From Spirochaetia bacterium (GTDB taxonomy: Bacteria; Spirochaetota; Leptospiria; Turneriellales; JAOUFE01): a DNA stretch of 44,320 nt. The stretch's first letter is position 1. Each line of letters begins with the position of its first letter. Below, one piece after another: positions 29,047 to 38,266 of this stretch. The notes beneath the pieces were generated by a model. It saw only the letters and a list, made by a program, of their open reading frames with translations, was not told the origin of the DNA and searched no databases. The DNA lies in assembly GCA_029858425.1 (NCBI GenBank), contig JAOUFE010000003.1:1-44320 (forward strand). Direction: 5' to 3'. The translations under genes were made by a program, and so were the position numbers.

Positions 29047-30642
29047 TTATTTCAAGGCTTTGTCGTTAACCGTAAACTTTACAGACTGCAATAACTCTTG
29101 TGTTTTTTGCTGGGTTATGGCATTGATCTTCTGCCCTCTTACCTGTCGAATGATATCGTCTTTCATCTCGGCGAAGGTTCCCATTTTTTTTACATGCGGC
29201 GGCATGCCTTTTTTCATTTTATTGTATTCGTCCATTAATTCTTTTTCAGTCCAGCTAACCTGTCCATACCACATTTTCTTTTTATAGAGCTCTGCTAAAA
29301 ACTGTTTCCTTTCAAAATCAGCCCTGTTTTTGTAAGATTTGGATTCGAATACTTTTTCTCTCTGCCCTTCAAGACTGTACAGTTGAAGCTCTGTAAATAT
29401 CCGGAAATATCTTTGAAGCTGGTCCTTGTCAGAGTAAACCGATTCAGGTTGCAACCCCTGGTCTTTTGAAACCCATTCGATAAAATTTTTGAAATCGTTT
29501 GCGGATATTTTTAATTTTTCGTTATCAATCAGGCTTGCTTTTGTTTTCCAGTCAGGCGTCAATTCCGGGAATTTCACCGGATCAAGGCCATAATCTCGAT
29601 ATAGTTGCTGCTGCCACTCTGAAAGTTTGGCTCCCTTGATTCTTGACCAGTACATTTTGGCGCGGGATAACGCAATATTGTCAGCATCTTTTTGATCCTT
29701 CAATTCGCTTTTTTTTATCAACTTGCCGTAGTCCTCGACAGTAACATTTTTCTTGTCCAGAAGTTCTATGATATGCCATCCATACAGCGTTTTTACAGGA
29801 GCAGAAATCTTTTTTTCATCATCGATTGGTTTCAGTTGATTTGAAGGAATGTAAACGGTATAATTGTCTTTGGAGATTTTACTCCATCCGGGCGGGTTAT
29901 TGTCTATAACCATTACAACGGCATCTTGTTCGAGATTGACATTTTCCACAGGAGCGCCGTCAGGTTTCGACAGAAGTTTTACCTTGTCTACTGCAATTCT
30001 CATGGGCGTACCCTGAACATCTCCGGCCATGCGATTTAATGCATCCTGAAATTCTCCCAGCATAATTCCCTTGGTAAAAAATCCAAGATCGCCTTTTTTT
30101 ACTTTTGAGGCATCATCCTCGCTGTATTTTTGCGCAGCGTCTTCAAACGTAATTTTCTTGTTTAAAATATCGCCTCTAATTCCGGCAATGGTTTCATATT
30201 CTTTTTGCCCATCGGAAGTTGCTTCGGCTTTCGCTCCTTTTGTATTTTTGTGGGAATCGACCGGGATTTTTATCAATATATGGCGGGCATGGAAAACAGG
30301 CTCTTTTTCCTTGTTTAATTCTTCTTGTTTTTGTTGATATAAAATATTTCGAATAATATTTCCTTCAAATAATTTTTTTAAATAAATGGCCTCGCCTTCC
30401 TTCTCAAGGTTTTGTTTCCCGGCAAGTCCGCTTAATATTTCTATGACGCCATAATCCTGAACAATGCGGCGCTTGAAGTCTGGATTGTCGAGCCGGCTTT
30501 TTATGTTATATAACCCGGCAAGAGCATTAATTTCTTTTGATGTTACCGTTCCACCTTCGTATGTGGCCAGCGTTTTATTGCAATTTGTTGTTACAAAAAC
30601 AAGCAACAATACGGCTGCAAAGGACAGTTTCAATTTTTTCAT
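29047..30642 (-). CDS. Parvulin-type peptidyl-prolyl isomerase lipoprotein (PrsA/SurA-like)
   Basis: Lipobox TTNC; FHARHILIK, FEDAAQKYSED, GDLGFF and SAPVKTLYGWHII. Confidence 0.88.
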   Translation of the reverse strand: MKKLKLSFAAVLLLVFVTTNCNKTLATYEGGTVTSKEINALAGLYNIKSRLDNPDFKRRIVQDYGVIEILSGLAGKQNLEKEGEAIYLKKLFEGNIIRNILYQQKQEELNKEKEPVFHARHILIKIPVDSHKNTKGAKAEATSDGQKEYETIAGIRGDILNKKITFEDAAQKYSEDDASKVKKGDLGFFTKGIMLGEFQDALNRMAGDVQGTPMRIAVDKVKLLSKPDGAPVENVNLEQDAVVMVIDNNPPGWSKISKDNYTVYIPSNQLKPIDDEKKISAPVKTLYGWHIIELLDKKNVTVEDYGKLIKKSELKDQKDADNIALSRAKMYWSRIKGAKLSEWQQQLYRDYGLDPVKFPELTPDWKTKASLIDNEKLKISANDFKNFIEWVSKDQGLQPESVYSDKDQLQRYFRIFTELQLYSLEGQREKVFESKSYKNRADFERKQFLAELYKKKMWYGQVSWTEKELMDEYNKMKKGMPPHVKKMGTFAEMKDDIIRQVRGQKINAITQQKTQELLQSVKFTVNDKALK

Positions 30643-30860
30643 ATTTTTTCCTTAAAATTATATATGGACAATCCTAAAAACCAGTCTTTGGTACATGAAC
30701 AGACAACGTCTTCCTGTGAGGTTATTAAATTTCTCCAAGAGCAAACATAGATCATGTCTTTCTCAAGGCGTCAATATTAAATATGGATATAAATACAAAA
30801 AAAATGAGCGCTGGCTCGATCCGTAGAAAATGTTTTTTGCCCGGTTAGACAATAACTTCG

Positions 30861-30890
30861 ATATTCATGTTATAATATTCATGTTATAAT
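30861..30890 (+). promoter_or_regulatory. Tandem 14-bp duplication containing two extended -10 boxes
   Basis: ATATTCATGTTATA x2 + AT gives TGnTATAAT at 30868 and 30882, about 40 bp before the MFS start. Confidence 0.55.
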
Positions 30891-30927
30891 TAACTTTTCA
30901 GCAGAGTCCGCATTTTTTTAATGCTCC

Positions 30928-32142
30928 ATGAAAAAATCAAAGTCGCTAAAGTTTACAAAAAATGAAAAACTTCTTGTAAGCGCTCTGGCATTTTTTCAGT
31001 TTACTCATATTGTAGATTTTATGTTATTGATGCCGCTTGGGCCGGTATTAATAGACCAGTTTGCCATCAATAACGAAGAGTTTTCCTACCTGGTTTCAGC
31101 GTATACATTTTCAGCGGGGCTTACGGCTCTTTTTGCATCCACTTTTATAGACCGGTACAGCCGCAAAAAAGTACTTATTTTTGTGTTTACAGGGTTTTTA
31201 TTTGGAACGCTGCTTTGCGGGCTTTCGCCCACATACCAGCTCTTGCTGTTTTCGCGGATTATCACGGGCGCATTTGGCGGGCTGATAAATTCCATGGTAT
31301 ATTCTATTATCGGAGATTCTTTTGCGTACGAAAGGCGCGGTTCGGCAACGGGCATTGTCATGGCGTCTTTTTCAGCGGCGTCGGTTCTGGGGATTCCGAT
31401 TTCCTTATTTATCGCAAACCGCTTTGGCTGGAACTGGCCGTTTATAGTTTTGTTCCTGGTGGGTTTTGTGTTTATTGCCTACGCATTTTTTGCCATTCCT
31501 ATTTCTGACCGTGTGCCGCAAAAACATGCGTATGCAGATATTTTCAGGGAAAAAAATCATTATCCCGCTTTTTTTTTGATACTGGCCATGATGCTGGCCG
31601 GATTTTCCATGATCCCGTATATCAGCAATTTTTTGGTTTTTGATACGGTGATGACGCAGGAAAAATTACCCATGATGTATTTGCTCGGAGGCGCGGCAAC
31701 GTACATCACATCAAGATTGTTTGGATATCTTTCTGATCGTTATGGCAAAAAAATCATGTTTTATATTCTGGCCACTTCTTCCATGGTACCCATGTACATG
31801 ATCAGCAGGATCAACTACGCATATTCGGTTTATGGAATTTTAGCCATTACAACCATGTTTTTTATTTTCACATCCGGTCGGATGGTTCCGGGAATGGCGC
31901 TGATAACATCGGTAGTGAGTCCCAAAATGCGGGGTTCCTTTATGACCTTTAACACGGCCATACAGCAAATGAGCGCCGGTCTTGCGACTTTTTTGGGCGG
32001 AAAAATCATTGCGGCAGAAAGCGGGCATCGAATGACGGGATACCAGTATGTAAGCTATCTGGCCATTGCGGCCACTTTCCTGAGCATAGGGTTTGTGTAT
32101 ATAATGCGCCTTCACGATGAAAAAAACAGGGTGTTGGAATAG
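30928..32142 (+). CDS. MFS transporter (drug:H+ antiporter-like)
   Basis: About 12 hydrophobic helices; QFTHIVDFM, IDRYSRKK, RIITGAFGG, ERRGSA and LSDRYGKK. Confidence 0.92.
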   Translation: MKKSKSLKFTKNEKLLVSALAFFQFTHIVDFMLLMPLGPVLIDQFAINNEEFSYLVSAYTFSAGLTALFASTFIDRYSRKKVLIFVFTGFLFGTLLCGLSPTYQLLLFSRIITGAFGGLINSMVYSIIGDSFAYERRGSATGIVMASFSAASVLGIPISLFIANRFGWNWPFIVLFLVGFVFIAYAFFAIPISDRVPQKHAYADIFREKNHYPAFFLILAMMLAGFSMIPYISNFLVFDTVMTQEKLPMMYLLGGAATYITSRLFGYLSDRYGKKIMFYILATSSMVPMYMISRINYAYSVYGILAITTMFFIFTSGRMVPGMALITSVVSPKMRGSFMTFNTAIQQMSAGLATFLGGKIIAAESGHRMTGYQYVSYLAIAATFLSIGFVYIMRLHDEKNRVLE

Positions 32143-32295
32143 CAGAAGGGGGGAGGATTATAATATGTCAGCAGAGCATATTTTTGTCCCCCCTGCCTGC
32201 GACCCCCTTTGGCGTTCTCCGGCACCCCCCGTGTAGATGTCGACGAAAGTGGGTTTTACTCATTCTGGGTGAATATTGAAACTCCTGCACCCTCC

Positions 32296-32395
32296 GAGCT
32301 TGGGCATGAACTCGAAATTCAGTCAATTTGATTTAACTTGGCGCGTTTATGGGGCGCTTCGCGCCCCATAAACGCGCAATTTAATACATTATGAT
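32296..32395. mobile_element. Family-A MITE, right end missing
   Basis: First 30 bp identical to 13426-13455; hairpin at the same +45 offset (32341-32377); no right TIR. Confidence 0.8.
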
Positions 32396-32465
32396 GCAAT
32401 ATAATTTTTAGTAAAAAATGATTGATAAGGTGTCTAAAGTAGCTATTTTGTCTAAAATCCAATAT

Positions 32466-32741
32466 ATGGAAATAAGACATTACATTATTCTCGGAAAAGT
32501 TCAGGGTGTGGGTTATCGTTATTACACCGAAGACATTGCCAAATCTTCCAGAATCAGAGGTTGGGTAAAGAATCAACCCGATGGAAGCGTGGAATGTCTG
32601 GCCGCCGGCCAACCAGCAGATCTGGAGATGTTTGAAAAAAAAATCCGAAAAGGTCCGCCATTGTCGCGGGTTGTAAATATGGAAAGAAAAATTCTCGTCG
32701 AGGGAGAAATCGATATTCCGGAAAATTTTTCAGTCTTGTAG
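32466..32741 (+). CDS. acyP: Acylphosphatase
   Basis: GKVQGVGYR, GWVKNQPDGSVE and GPPLSRV. Confidence 0.93.
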   Translation: MEIRHYIILGKVQGVGYRYYTEDIAKSSRIRGWVKNQPDGSVECLAAGQPADLEMFEKKIRKGPPLSRVVNMERKILVEGEIDIPENFSVL

Positions 32742-32756
32742 GAAAGTTTTTATTTT

Positions 32757-33683
32757 TTATCCTTTGGTAAAAAATCTTATAATAGATTTTTGAGATCTCA
32801 CGAGGGCTTTAATTTCAACCATTTTTTCCATCGTGCTATTGTATCCGGACTCAATAATGCTTTCGTAGTTGTGGTAGTCCGCCCAGTGAATCGGGGCATG
32901 CACAGGTTTTATTACAATAGCCGCTTGTTTTAACTGATAGTTTTTTCTGTAAATGGACGAAATTTCCTCGCTGCGCAACATGATGTCCAGGGCTGTTTTA
33001 ATCTTTTTACGCTCAAAAAAATCATTAGATACATCTACCGCAATAATTTTTTGAACGCCAAGAATAAATGCCGAATCTACTCCAACCCTGTCTACAATAC
33101 CGCCGTCGGTATACAATCCTTCTTCAATTTGAACCGGCGGAAAAACAAGGGGCATGCTCAAAGACGCTAATACCGGTTTACGCAACGGACCTTGATCAAA
33201 GATTTTTGGCTTTCCACTTTCGAGGTCTACCGCCACGCACGCAAAGGGCATTTTTAAATCGGAAAAACGCACGTTTGGAATCAAGGGATATACCACATCC
33301 TGAATATCATCGTCGTCCAGAATTCCCGGAGCCAACAATAATCGGCCGTAAAGTTCGGTTTGTTTGTACAAACGGTTAAATTTTAATAAAAACTTTTTGC
33401 TGCGACTAACCATCTCCCTGTGATCGTCGGAGCGCCAGGTTCCCAGCAGGGAATGTTTAAACACGTCCTTGTTTATGTGATTGATAATATGGTTTTCCAC
33501 TTCATCAATATCGAGAGTATAAGCGTAATGAGCAGCGATCAGGGCGCCCATGGAAACTCCGATCAGGATATCAAATTTGACCTTGTTTTCCTGTAATGCG
33601 CGCAGCACGCCAAGATGCGCCAAACCTCTGGCTCCCCCGCCTCCAAGGTTCAGCGATACTCTAAAAGACTTTCTCGAATTCAT
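32757..33683 (-). CDS. Patatin-like phospholipase
   Basis: GGGGARG, GVSMG nucleophile elbow and DGG. Confidence 0.92.
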   Translation of the reverse strand: MNSRKSFRVSLNLGGGGARGLAHLGVLRALQENKVKFDILIGVSMGALIAAHYAYTLDIDEVENHIINHINKDVFKHSLLGTWRSDDHREMVSRSKKFLLKFNRLYKQTELYGRLLLAPGILDDDDIQDVVYPLIPNVRFSDLKMPFACVAVDLESGKPKIFDQGPLRKPVLASLSMPLVFPPVQIEEGLYTDGGIVDRVGVDSAFILGVQKIIAVDVSNDFFERKKIKTALDIMLRSEEISSIYRKNYQLKQAAIVIKPVHAPIHWADYHNYESIIESGYNSTMEKMVEIKALVRSQKSIIRFFTKG

Positions 33684-34996
33684 ATAAAAACTGTTAAACC
33701 GGATTTACATCTGTCAAATATTTTATTAATATTTTTCAAAAATGATTTCGGGTCGAAAACAAAATCCCAGTCTTTTGGAGTAAGGCTTTTTAATTCGGGA
33801 TTTTTTTCAAAGCGCTGTCTTAAATTCGGGCCATCTGGATCAGACCAGAGATCCATGGCTTCTTTTTGAACTATTTCATAGGCTCTTTCGCGTGAAATTT
33901 CAAGCTTTTCGGTAATGGTCAACAATGCCCTTGATGAATAAATCAATCCCCCGGTAATGTCCATGACCCTTTGGCAGTTTTTCTCGTGAACTTCCAGATT
34001 ATCCATTACAAAAGTCATTTTAACAAGCATGTATTCAAACAAACTTGTGGCATCCGGTAAAATAATGCGCTCGCTTGAAGAATGAGAAATGTCGCGCTCA
34101 TGCCAGAGCATGATATTTTGCTGCGCCGTCATGCTGTATCCCATAAGGGTTCGCGCAAGACCTGCCATTCTTTCGCATAAAATCGGGTTTCGCTTGTGCG
34201 GCATGGCGCTGGAACCTTTTTGTCCTTTTTGAAACGGCTCTTCAATCTCGCGGCTTTCCGTCTTTTGCATCAAACGTATTTCCTGGGCAAAGCGAGCCAC
34301 TCCCTGCGCGGCTACCGATAAGGCATTGAGGAATACTGCGTGACGATCGCGCGGTACGACCTGGGTACTGACAGGTTCCGCATTTAAATTTAATTTGTCC
34401 AAAACATATTTTTCGAGTTCGGGCGGCAATTGTGAGTATGTGCCCACGGCTCCGGATATTTTACCGTAGCGCATTTCTTCGATAGCAGCTTCCAGCCGCA
34501 CGAAATTTCTGTGGGCTTCTTCCAAAAATCCCAGAAGTTTCAGACCGAGCGTTGTTGGTTCTGCATGCACTCCATGAGTTCTGCCAACCACAACGAGATC
34601 TTTGTATTTTAAGGCCTGTCCGTATAAAGATTGCAAATACTTTTTATAGCGCTCGCGGATAAGCTTGCCGGCATCCTGCACAATTACAGACAACGAAGTA
34701 TCGACAACATCGGAAGATGTCAAACCGTAATGCACATGTCTTGACGGGGCGCCAATTTTTTCGGCCATATTGGTTAAAAAGGCAATAACATCGTGATGAA
34801 CCGAATCTTCAATTTCGAGAACGCGCTGAGTATCAAATCCAGCTTTTTCCCGAATTTCTTCCATTTCTTCGTTTGTTATATGACCTTGCTGATGCCGGTA
34901 TTCGCACGCATATATTTCCAGTTTTTTCCAGACTTCAAACTTGTGATCCAGCGACCAGAGGTCGCGCATTTCGGAAGTGGAATATCTGTCGATCAT
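33680..34996 (-). CDS. purB: Adenylosuccinate lyase
   Basis: MIDRYS, HDVIAF, GRTHGVHAEPTT, GSSAMPHKRNP and WHERDISHSS. Confidence 0.97.
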   Translation of the reverse strand: MIDRYSTSEMRDLWSLDHKFEVWKKLEIYACEYRHQQGHITNEEMEEIREKAGFDTQRVLEIEDSVHHDVIAFLTNMAEKIGAPSRHVHYGLTSSDVVDTSLSVIVQDAGKLIRERYKKYLQSLYGQALKYKDLVVVGRTHGVHAEPTTLGLKLLGFLEEAHRNFVRLEAAIEEMRYGKISGAVGTYSQLPPELEKYVLDKLNLNAEPVSTQVVPRDRHAVFLNALSVAAQGVARFAQEIRLMQKTESREIEEPFQKGQKGSSAMPHKRNPILCERMAGLARTLMGYSMTAQQNIMLWHERDISHSSSERIILPDATSLFEYMLVKMTFVMDNLEVHEKNCQRVMDITGGLIYSSRALLTITEKLEISRERAYEIVQKEAMDLWSDPDGPNLRQRFEKNPELKSLTPKDWDFVFDPKSFLKNINKIFDRCKSGLTVFI

Positions 34997-35109
34997 TGCG
35001 CTAAAGCCTATTCCCGAAACAGGACATCAAGTATTTATTGATGCCGGGAACAGTACATTCTTTAAAGAGTTCGAAAAGCAATGTTTGCGGGTCAAAGATT
35101 GATGGATAA

Positions 35110-35154
35110 AATTAATAACCCCGCCCACGCCGAAGCACACGAGGTGCGTAGGCG
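35110..35154 (-). terminator. Possible terminator after res
   Basis: Minus strand CGCCUACGC...GCGUGGGCG 9-bp stem followed by an imperfect U-rich tail, starting 7 nt after the res stop. Confidence 0.35.
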
Positions 35155-35160
35155 AGTAAA

Positions 35161-37662
35161 TTAAAATAATGACCTGATATCCGATTCCTCATTACCTTCT
35201 TCAATAAAATAGAATTCTACAGAGTCACTTACATTACCAAAAGGTAAAGCAGGTTGATCGTATGTTTTGGTCTTCTTTTGCTTCTTCTGATTTGTCATCA
35301 AATCAAAGACTTGCTTTTTATAAATTGAATCAGCATTTCCTTGAAGATGTTCACCCTTACTTTCCAATACATACACAAGTTCAACTTTACCATTCTCTTT
35401 TTTTGCAGCAACAAAATCAGGACGAATTTTATTTTCTCGCCAACCCTGAATTGAATACCACTCTTTGCCGGTTTTATTTCGAAACCACCAGAGTATTTTT
35501 GACTGTTTGTCGAGAATATCGCCCACTTTCTTTTCAAGGCTATTCATTCCAGAAATTTCTACATCCTGAAACAAATAAAATTTATAAGGGTTTGGCAGGT
35601 TATCTATGTTTATATCATCGAATTCTGGAACTCGCCAACCTGAATCAGTATCCGTAGCAACTGCAAGAACAAGTTTACCCGTATCTATTAATGAAGAAAA
35701 CGCTTTTTCCTCCTGGATACGTTGTTCTTTTTCAAGTTCCTGAAAAAGCATAGAGGTAATAAAACCAAAATGGTCTTTTAATACATCCGGTCCTAATGCT
35801 TTTTTAAGATTTTCTATATGTGACGTTGCAATCGCCCGGGCAAGAAATGGATTTTCAGAAATCTCCGTGTACCGACGAGTCATATATTCAATATTAATAG
35901 AATCTTTACCGTTTGAAAGTTTCCCTTCAATATAAAAATCCATTTTTTTATCTTCTGAAATCGTGACAGCATAAACGGTACGATCTTTGGTTTCGTTGCT
36001 TAATGATTTTTTAATTATTTCGACAAACCCCGCATCGAGTTTAAATTGGCCGGGATTTAGCAATGGTTTAATATCGTTGGAAAATGAAAATCGACGTTTG
36101 GAGTTATTCTCATCGACCATGACCCATGCGGGCAGATAAAAAGAGTTTTCAAATTGATGAAAATCTTTGCGAATATTTACCCTTTTGGTTTTGGTTTCTG
36201 GCGCATCACCGCCTATGACAATTTTACCTATGAGATCTTCCAAACCTTCATTTTGAAAACCCGAGGCGACCTTTTCAAGCATGGGGCGTGTGTCGCCTTT
36301 TGAAAAATATACATAACTTTCATCCAGTTCTTTTATGCCGGTTTTTTTTGCGTCGGGCTGTCTGAGAATTCGCCCAATGAGCTGGGTAATTCCCGTGTCG
36401 GAATTTACATTGGGTATGATACCGAGAATATAAGCATAAGAACAATCCCAACCTTCGCGCAATGCTTCTTTTGTAATCAAATACCGAATCGGGCAATCCG
36501 AAGAAAATAAATTCACATCTTCAATGTCATTTTGAGAGCTGGTTTTGATGGCAACTTCATCGGGATTACATTTTAGCTCAACAAGAAAATCTTTAACATC
36601 CAGACTATGTACCCTTCCTTTACCTCGTTGATCTTTACCTGTGGCTTCAACCTGTATCAACGCCATTGGGCGAATATAAATTCCTTTATCGCTTTGAAGT
36701 TTTCGGGCATGTTTTTCGAGCTTATCGCGGTGTTTCTTTATTTCACGAATCATGCTTTGCCAATCAGATTGTTCGGCCTGCCGGGGCGGTATAATGTGCA
36801 TATCGAGTTTTACCATTTCTTCTTGCTTTAATTCAAGGCCAGTTATGGTAACAAGAATGTTCATGTTGTCTTTTGGCGTTGCGGATAAACCAAGAACAAA
36901 CTCCGGGTTAAGACTATCGATAGCAGAACGAGCTTGATCGGTAAATACTTTATGAATTTCATCAATGATGATAAACGGACGAGAAACCCGAATTGCATTG
37001 GCAAGGCTTGTGCGTATTATGGAGCCAAACTCGGTGAGTAAATCCAGATTAGGAAATTGCTCGATTAATTTTGCATGTAGATCGCCTCGGTGATCGGCTG
37101 GAAAAAAATTTTCATAACCGCCTGAGTCTTGAAATACTTTTAATGCTTCTTTTCCATTTTTTCGACTCACAGACTGAATCATCACAAACAAAATAACCAG
37201 ATTATTTTCGATATCGTGGGCAGAGAGACGTTGACCTTTTTCGAGAATAACCGTTTTGCCAGCGGAAGATTGGTCAATGAGTTGGCGAAGAGGGTTGGCT
37301 TTATCGCGAATTTTGGCAACCGTTTGAGAGTAGATAATCTCTGATGGAACAACCCAGACCACAAGGCCGGTGCGTTTTTGGGCAAAGCGTTCCTGGTATT
37401 CACGTATGGCTTCGACAGCAAGCAGCGTTTTACCGCCGCCGGTTGGTACTTTAAAAATAACCCTTGGATAATACCAACCCAGACCATTTACGGGATTATC
37501 TTTAATCGCAAGTTTTTTCTGGCGATAAAGCTCTTGAATCCAGTTATGATTGATATTTAAAGTTTCTTTGGCCTGTAGAGCCTTGGCATGTTCTTTTTTA
37601 CCTTCGGTAAGAAATTCTTTAAGAGTATTGACTACCTTTAACTGATATTCCTTGAGATACAT
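35161..37662 (-). CDS. res: Type III restriction endonuclease subunit (SF2 helicase plus PD-(D/E)xK nuclease)
   Basis: LKEYQ, PTGGGKT, IIDEIH, SATP, EGWD, QLIGRILRQP and C-terminal RPDF...ESKG; ATG 37662 overlaps the toxin TGA. Confidence 0.9.
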   Translation of the reverse strand: MYLKEYQLKVVNTLKEFLTEGKKEHAKALQAKETLNINHNWIQELYRQKKLAIKDNPVNGLGWYYPRVIFKVPTGGGKTLLAVEAIREYQERFAQKRTGLVVWVVPSEIIYSQTVAKIRDKANPLRQLIDQSSAGKTVILEKGQRLSAHDIENNLVILFVMIQSVSRKNGKEALKVFQDSGGYENFFPADHRGDLHAKLIEQFPNLDLLTEFGSIIRTSLANAIRVSRPFIIIDEIHKVFTDQARSAIDSLNPEFVLGLSATPKDNMNILVTITGLELKQEEMVKLDMHIIPPRQAEQSDWQSMIREIKKHRDKLEKHARKLQSDKGIYIRPMALIQVEATGKDQRGKGRVHSLDVKDFLVELKCNPDEVAIKTSSQNDIEDVNLFSSDCPIRYLITKEALREGWDCSYAYILGIIPNVNSDTGITQLIGRILRQPDAKKTGIKELDESYVYFSKGDTRPMLEKVASGFQNEGLEDLIGKIVIGGDAPETKTKRVNIRKDFHQFENSFYLPAWVMVDENNSKRRFSFSNDIKPLLNPGQFKLDAGFVEIIKKSLSNETKDRTVYAVTISEDKKMDFYIEGKLSNGKDSINIEYMTRRYTEISENPFLARAIATSHIENLKKALGPDVLKDHFGFITSMLFQELEKEQRIQEEKAFSSLIDTGKLVLAVATDTDSGWRVPEFDDINIDNLPNPYKFYLFQDVEISGMNSLEKKVGDILDKQSKILWWFRNKTGKEWYSIQGWRENKIRPDFVAAKKENGKVELVYVLESKGEHLQGNADSIYKKQVFDLMTNQKKQKKTKTYDQPALPFGNVSDSVEFYFIEEGNEESDIRSLF

Positions 37663-38039
37663 CAAAGCTCCCTGTATTTATCAAAAACCGAATCAGTATA
37701 AAGAAACTCTAAATTCTCGACAATACTTTGTGCAAAGATCAATCTGTCAAAAGGGTCGCGATGGTAAAATGGCAGATTTGACTGTTTAAGTATGTGGCTT
37801 TCATCAATCGATAAAATCAGAAAATTATATTTCCACCGAATTTCGTCAAGAAAGACTTCGAGCGGGCAAGGAATTTTAAGTTTGCCCAGAGATTGTTTGA
37901 TGGCAATCTCCCACAGTGTTGCCATACTTACATATATAATTGATTTTTCATCTAAAAGCAGTTCCCTTATACGAATAGGGATTTGTTCGTTTCCTTCGGC
38001 AAACCATAAAAGCAAGTTTGTATCGATTAGATACTTCAT
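37662..38039 (-). CDS. vapC: VapC-family PIN-domain toxin
   Basis: YLIDTN, SMATLWEIAIKQSLGKL, HRDPFDRLIFAQ and TDSVF. Confidence 0.93.
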   Translation of the reverse strand: MKYLIDTNLLLWFAEGNEQIPIRIRELLLDEKSIIYVSMATLWEIAIKQSLGKLKIPCPLEVFLDEIRWKYNFLILSIDESHILKQSNLPFYHRDPFDRLIFAQSIVENLEFLYTDSVFDKYREL

Positions 38040-38263
38040 TCCATATACTCCCGGAAATCTTCAAGAGGTTCATTAAAATCGGGAGATATCCAAATTTTGC
38101 CTGCGTATTTTCCATAATATTCTTTCCGGCTGGCTTTATTCTCATTTCCTTTTTCGAACGGAATTATGATGACTTCTAGCTTTTCCTCATCTGAAAATTC
38201 CTCCGGAAGTTCTATGGTTATGTGGTGGTTTTCTGGTTTTACTATTTTTCTAAGGGCCTTCAT
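38036..38263 (-). CDS. Antitoxin with DUF2281-like C-terminal tail
   Basis: GKIWISPDFNEPLEDFREYM tail typical of partners of this PIN group; ATGA overlap with the toxin. Confidence 0.82.
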   Translation of the reverse strand: MKALRKIVKPENHHITIELPEEFSDEEKLEVIIIPFEKGNENKASRKEYYGKYAGKIWISPDFNEPLEDFREYME

Positions 38264-38266
38264 AAA

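Noticed and set aside
35113-35165. Integron attC site next to res
   Set aside because: TAAC is present, but there is no matching GTTRRRY end, no cassette array and no integrase
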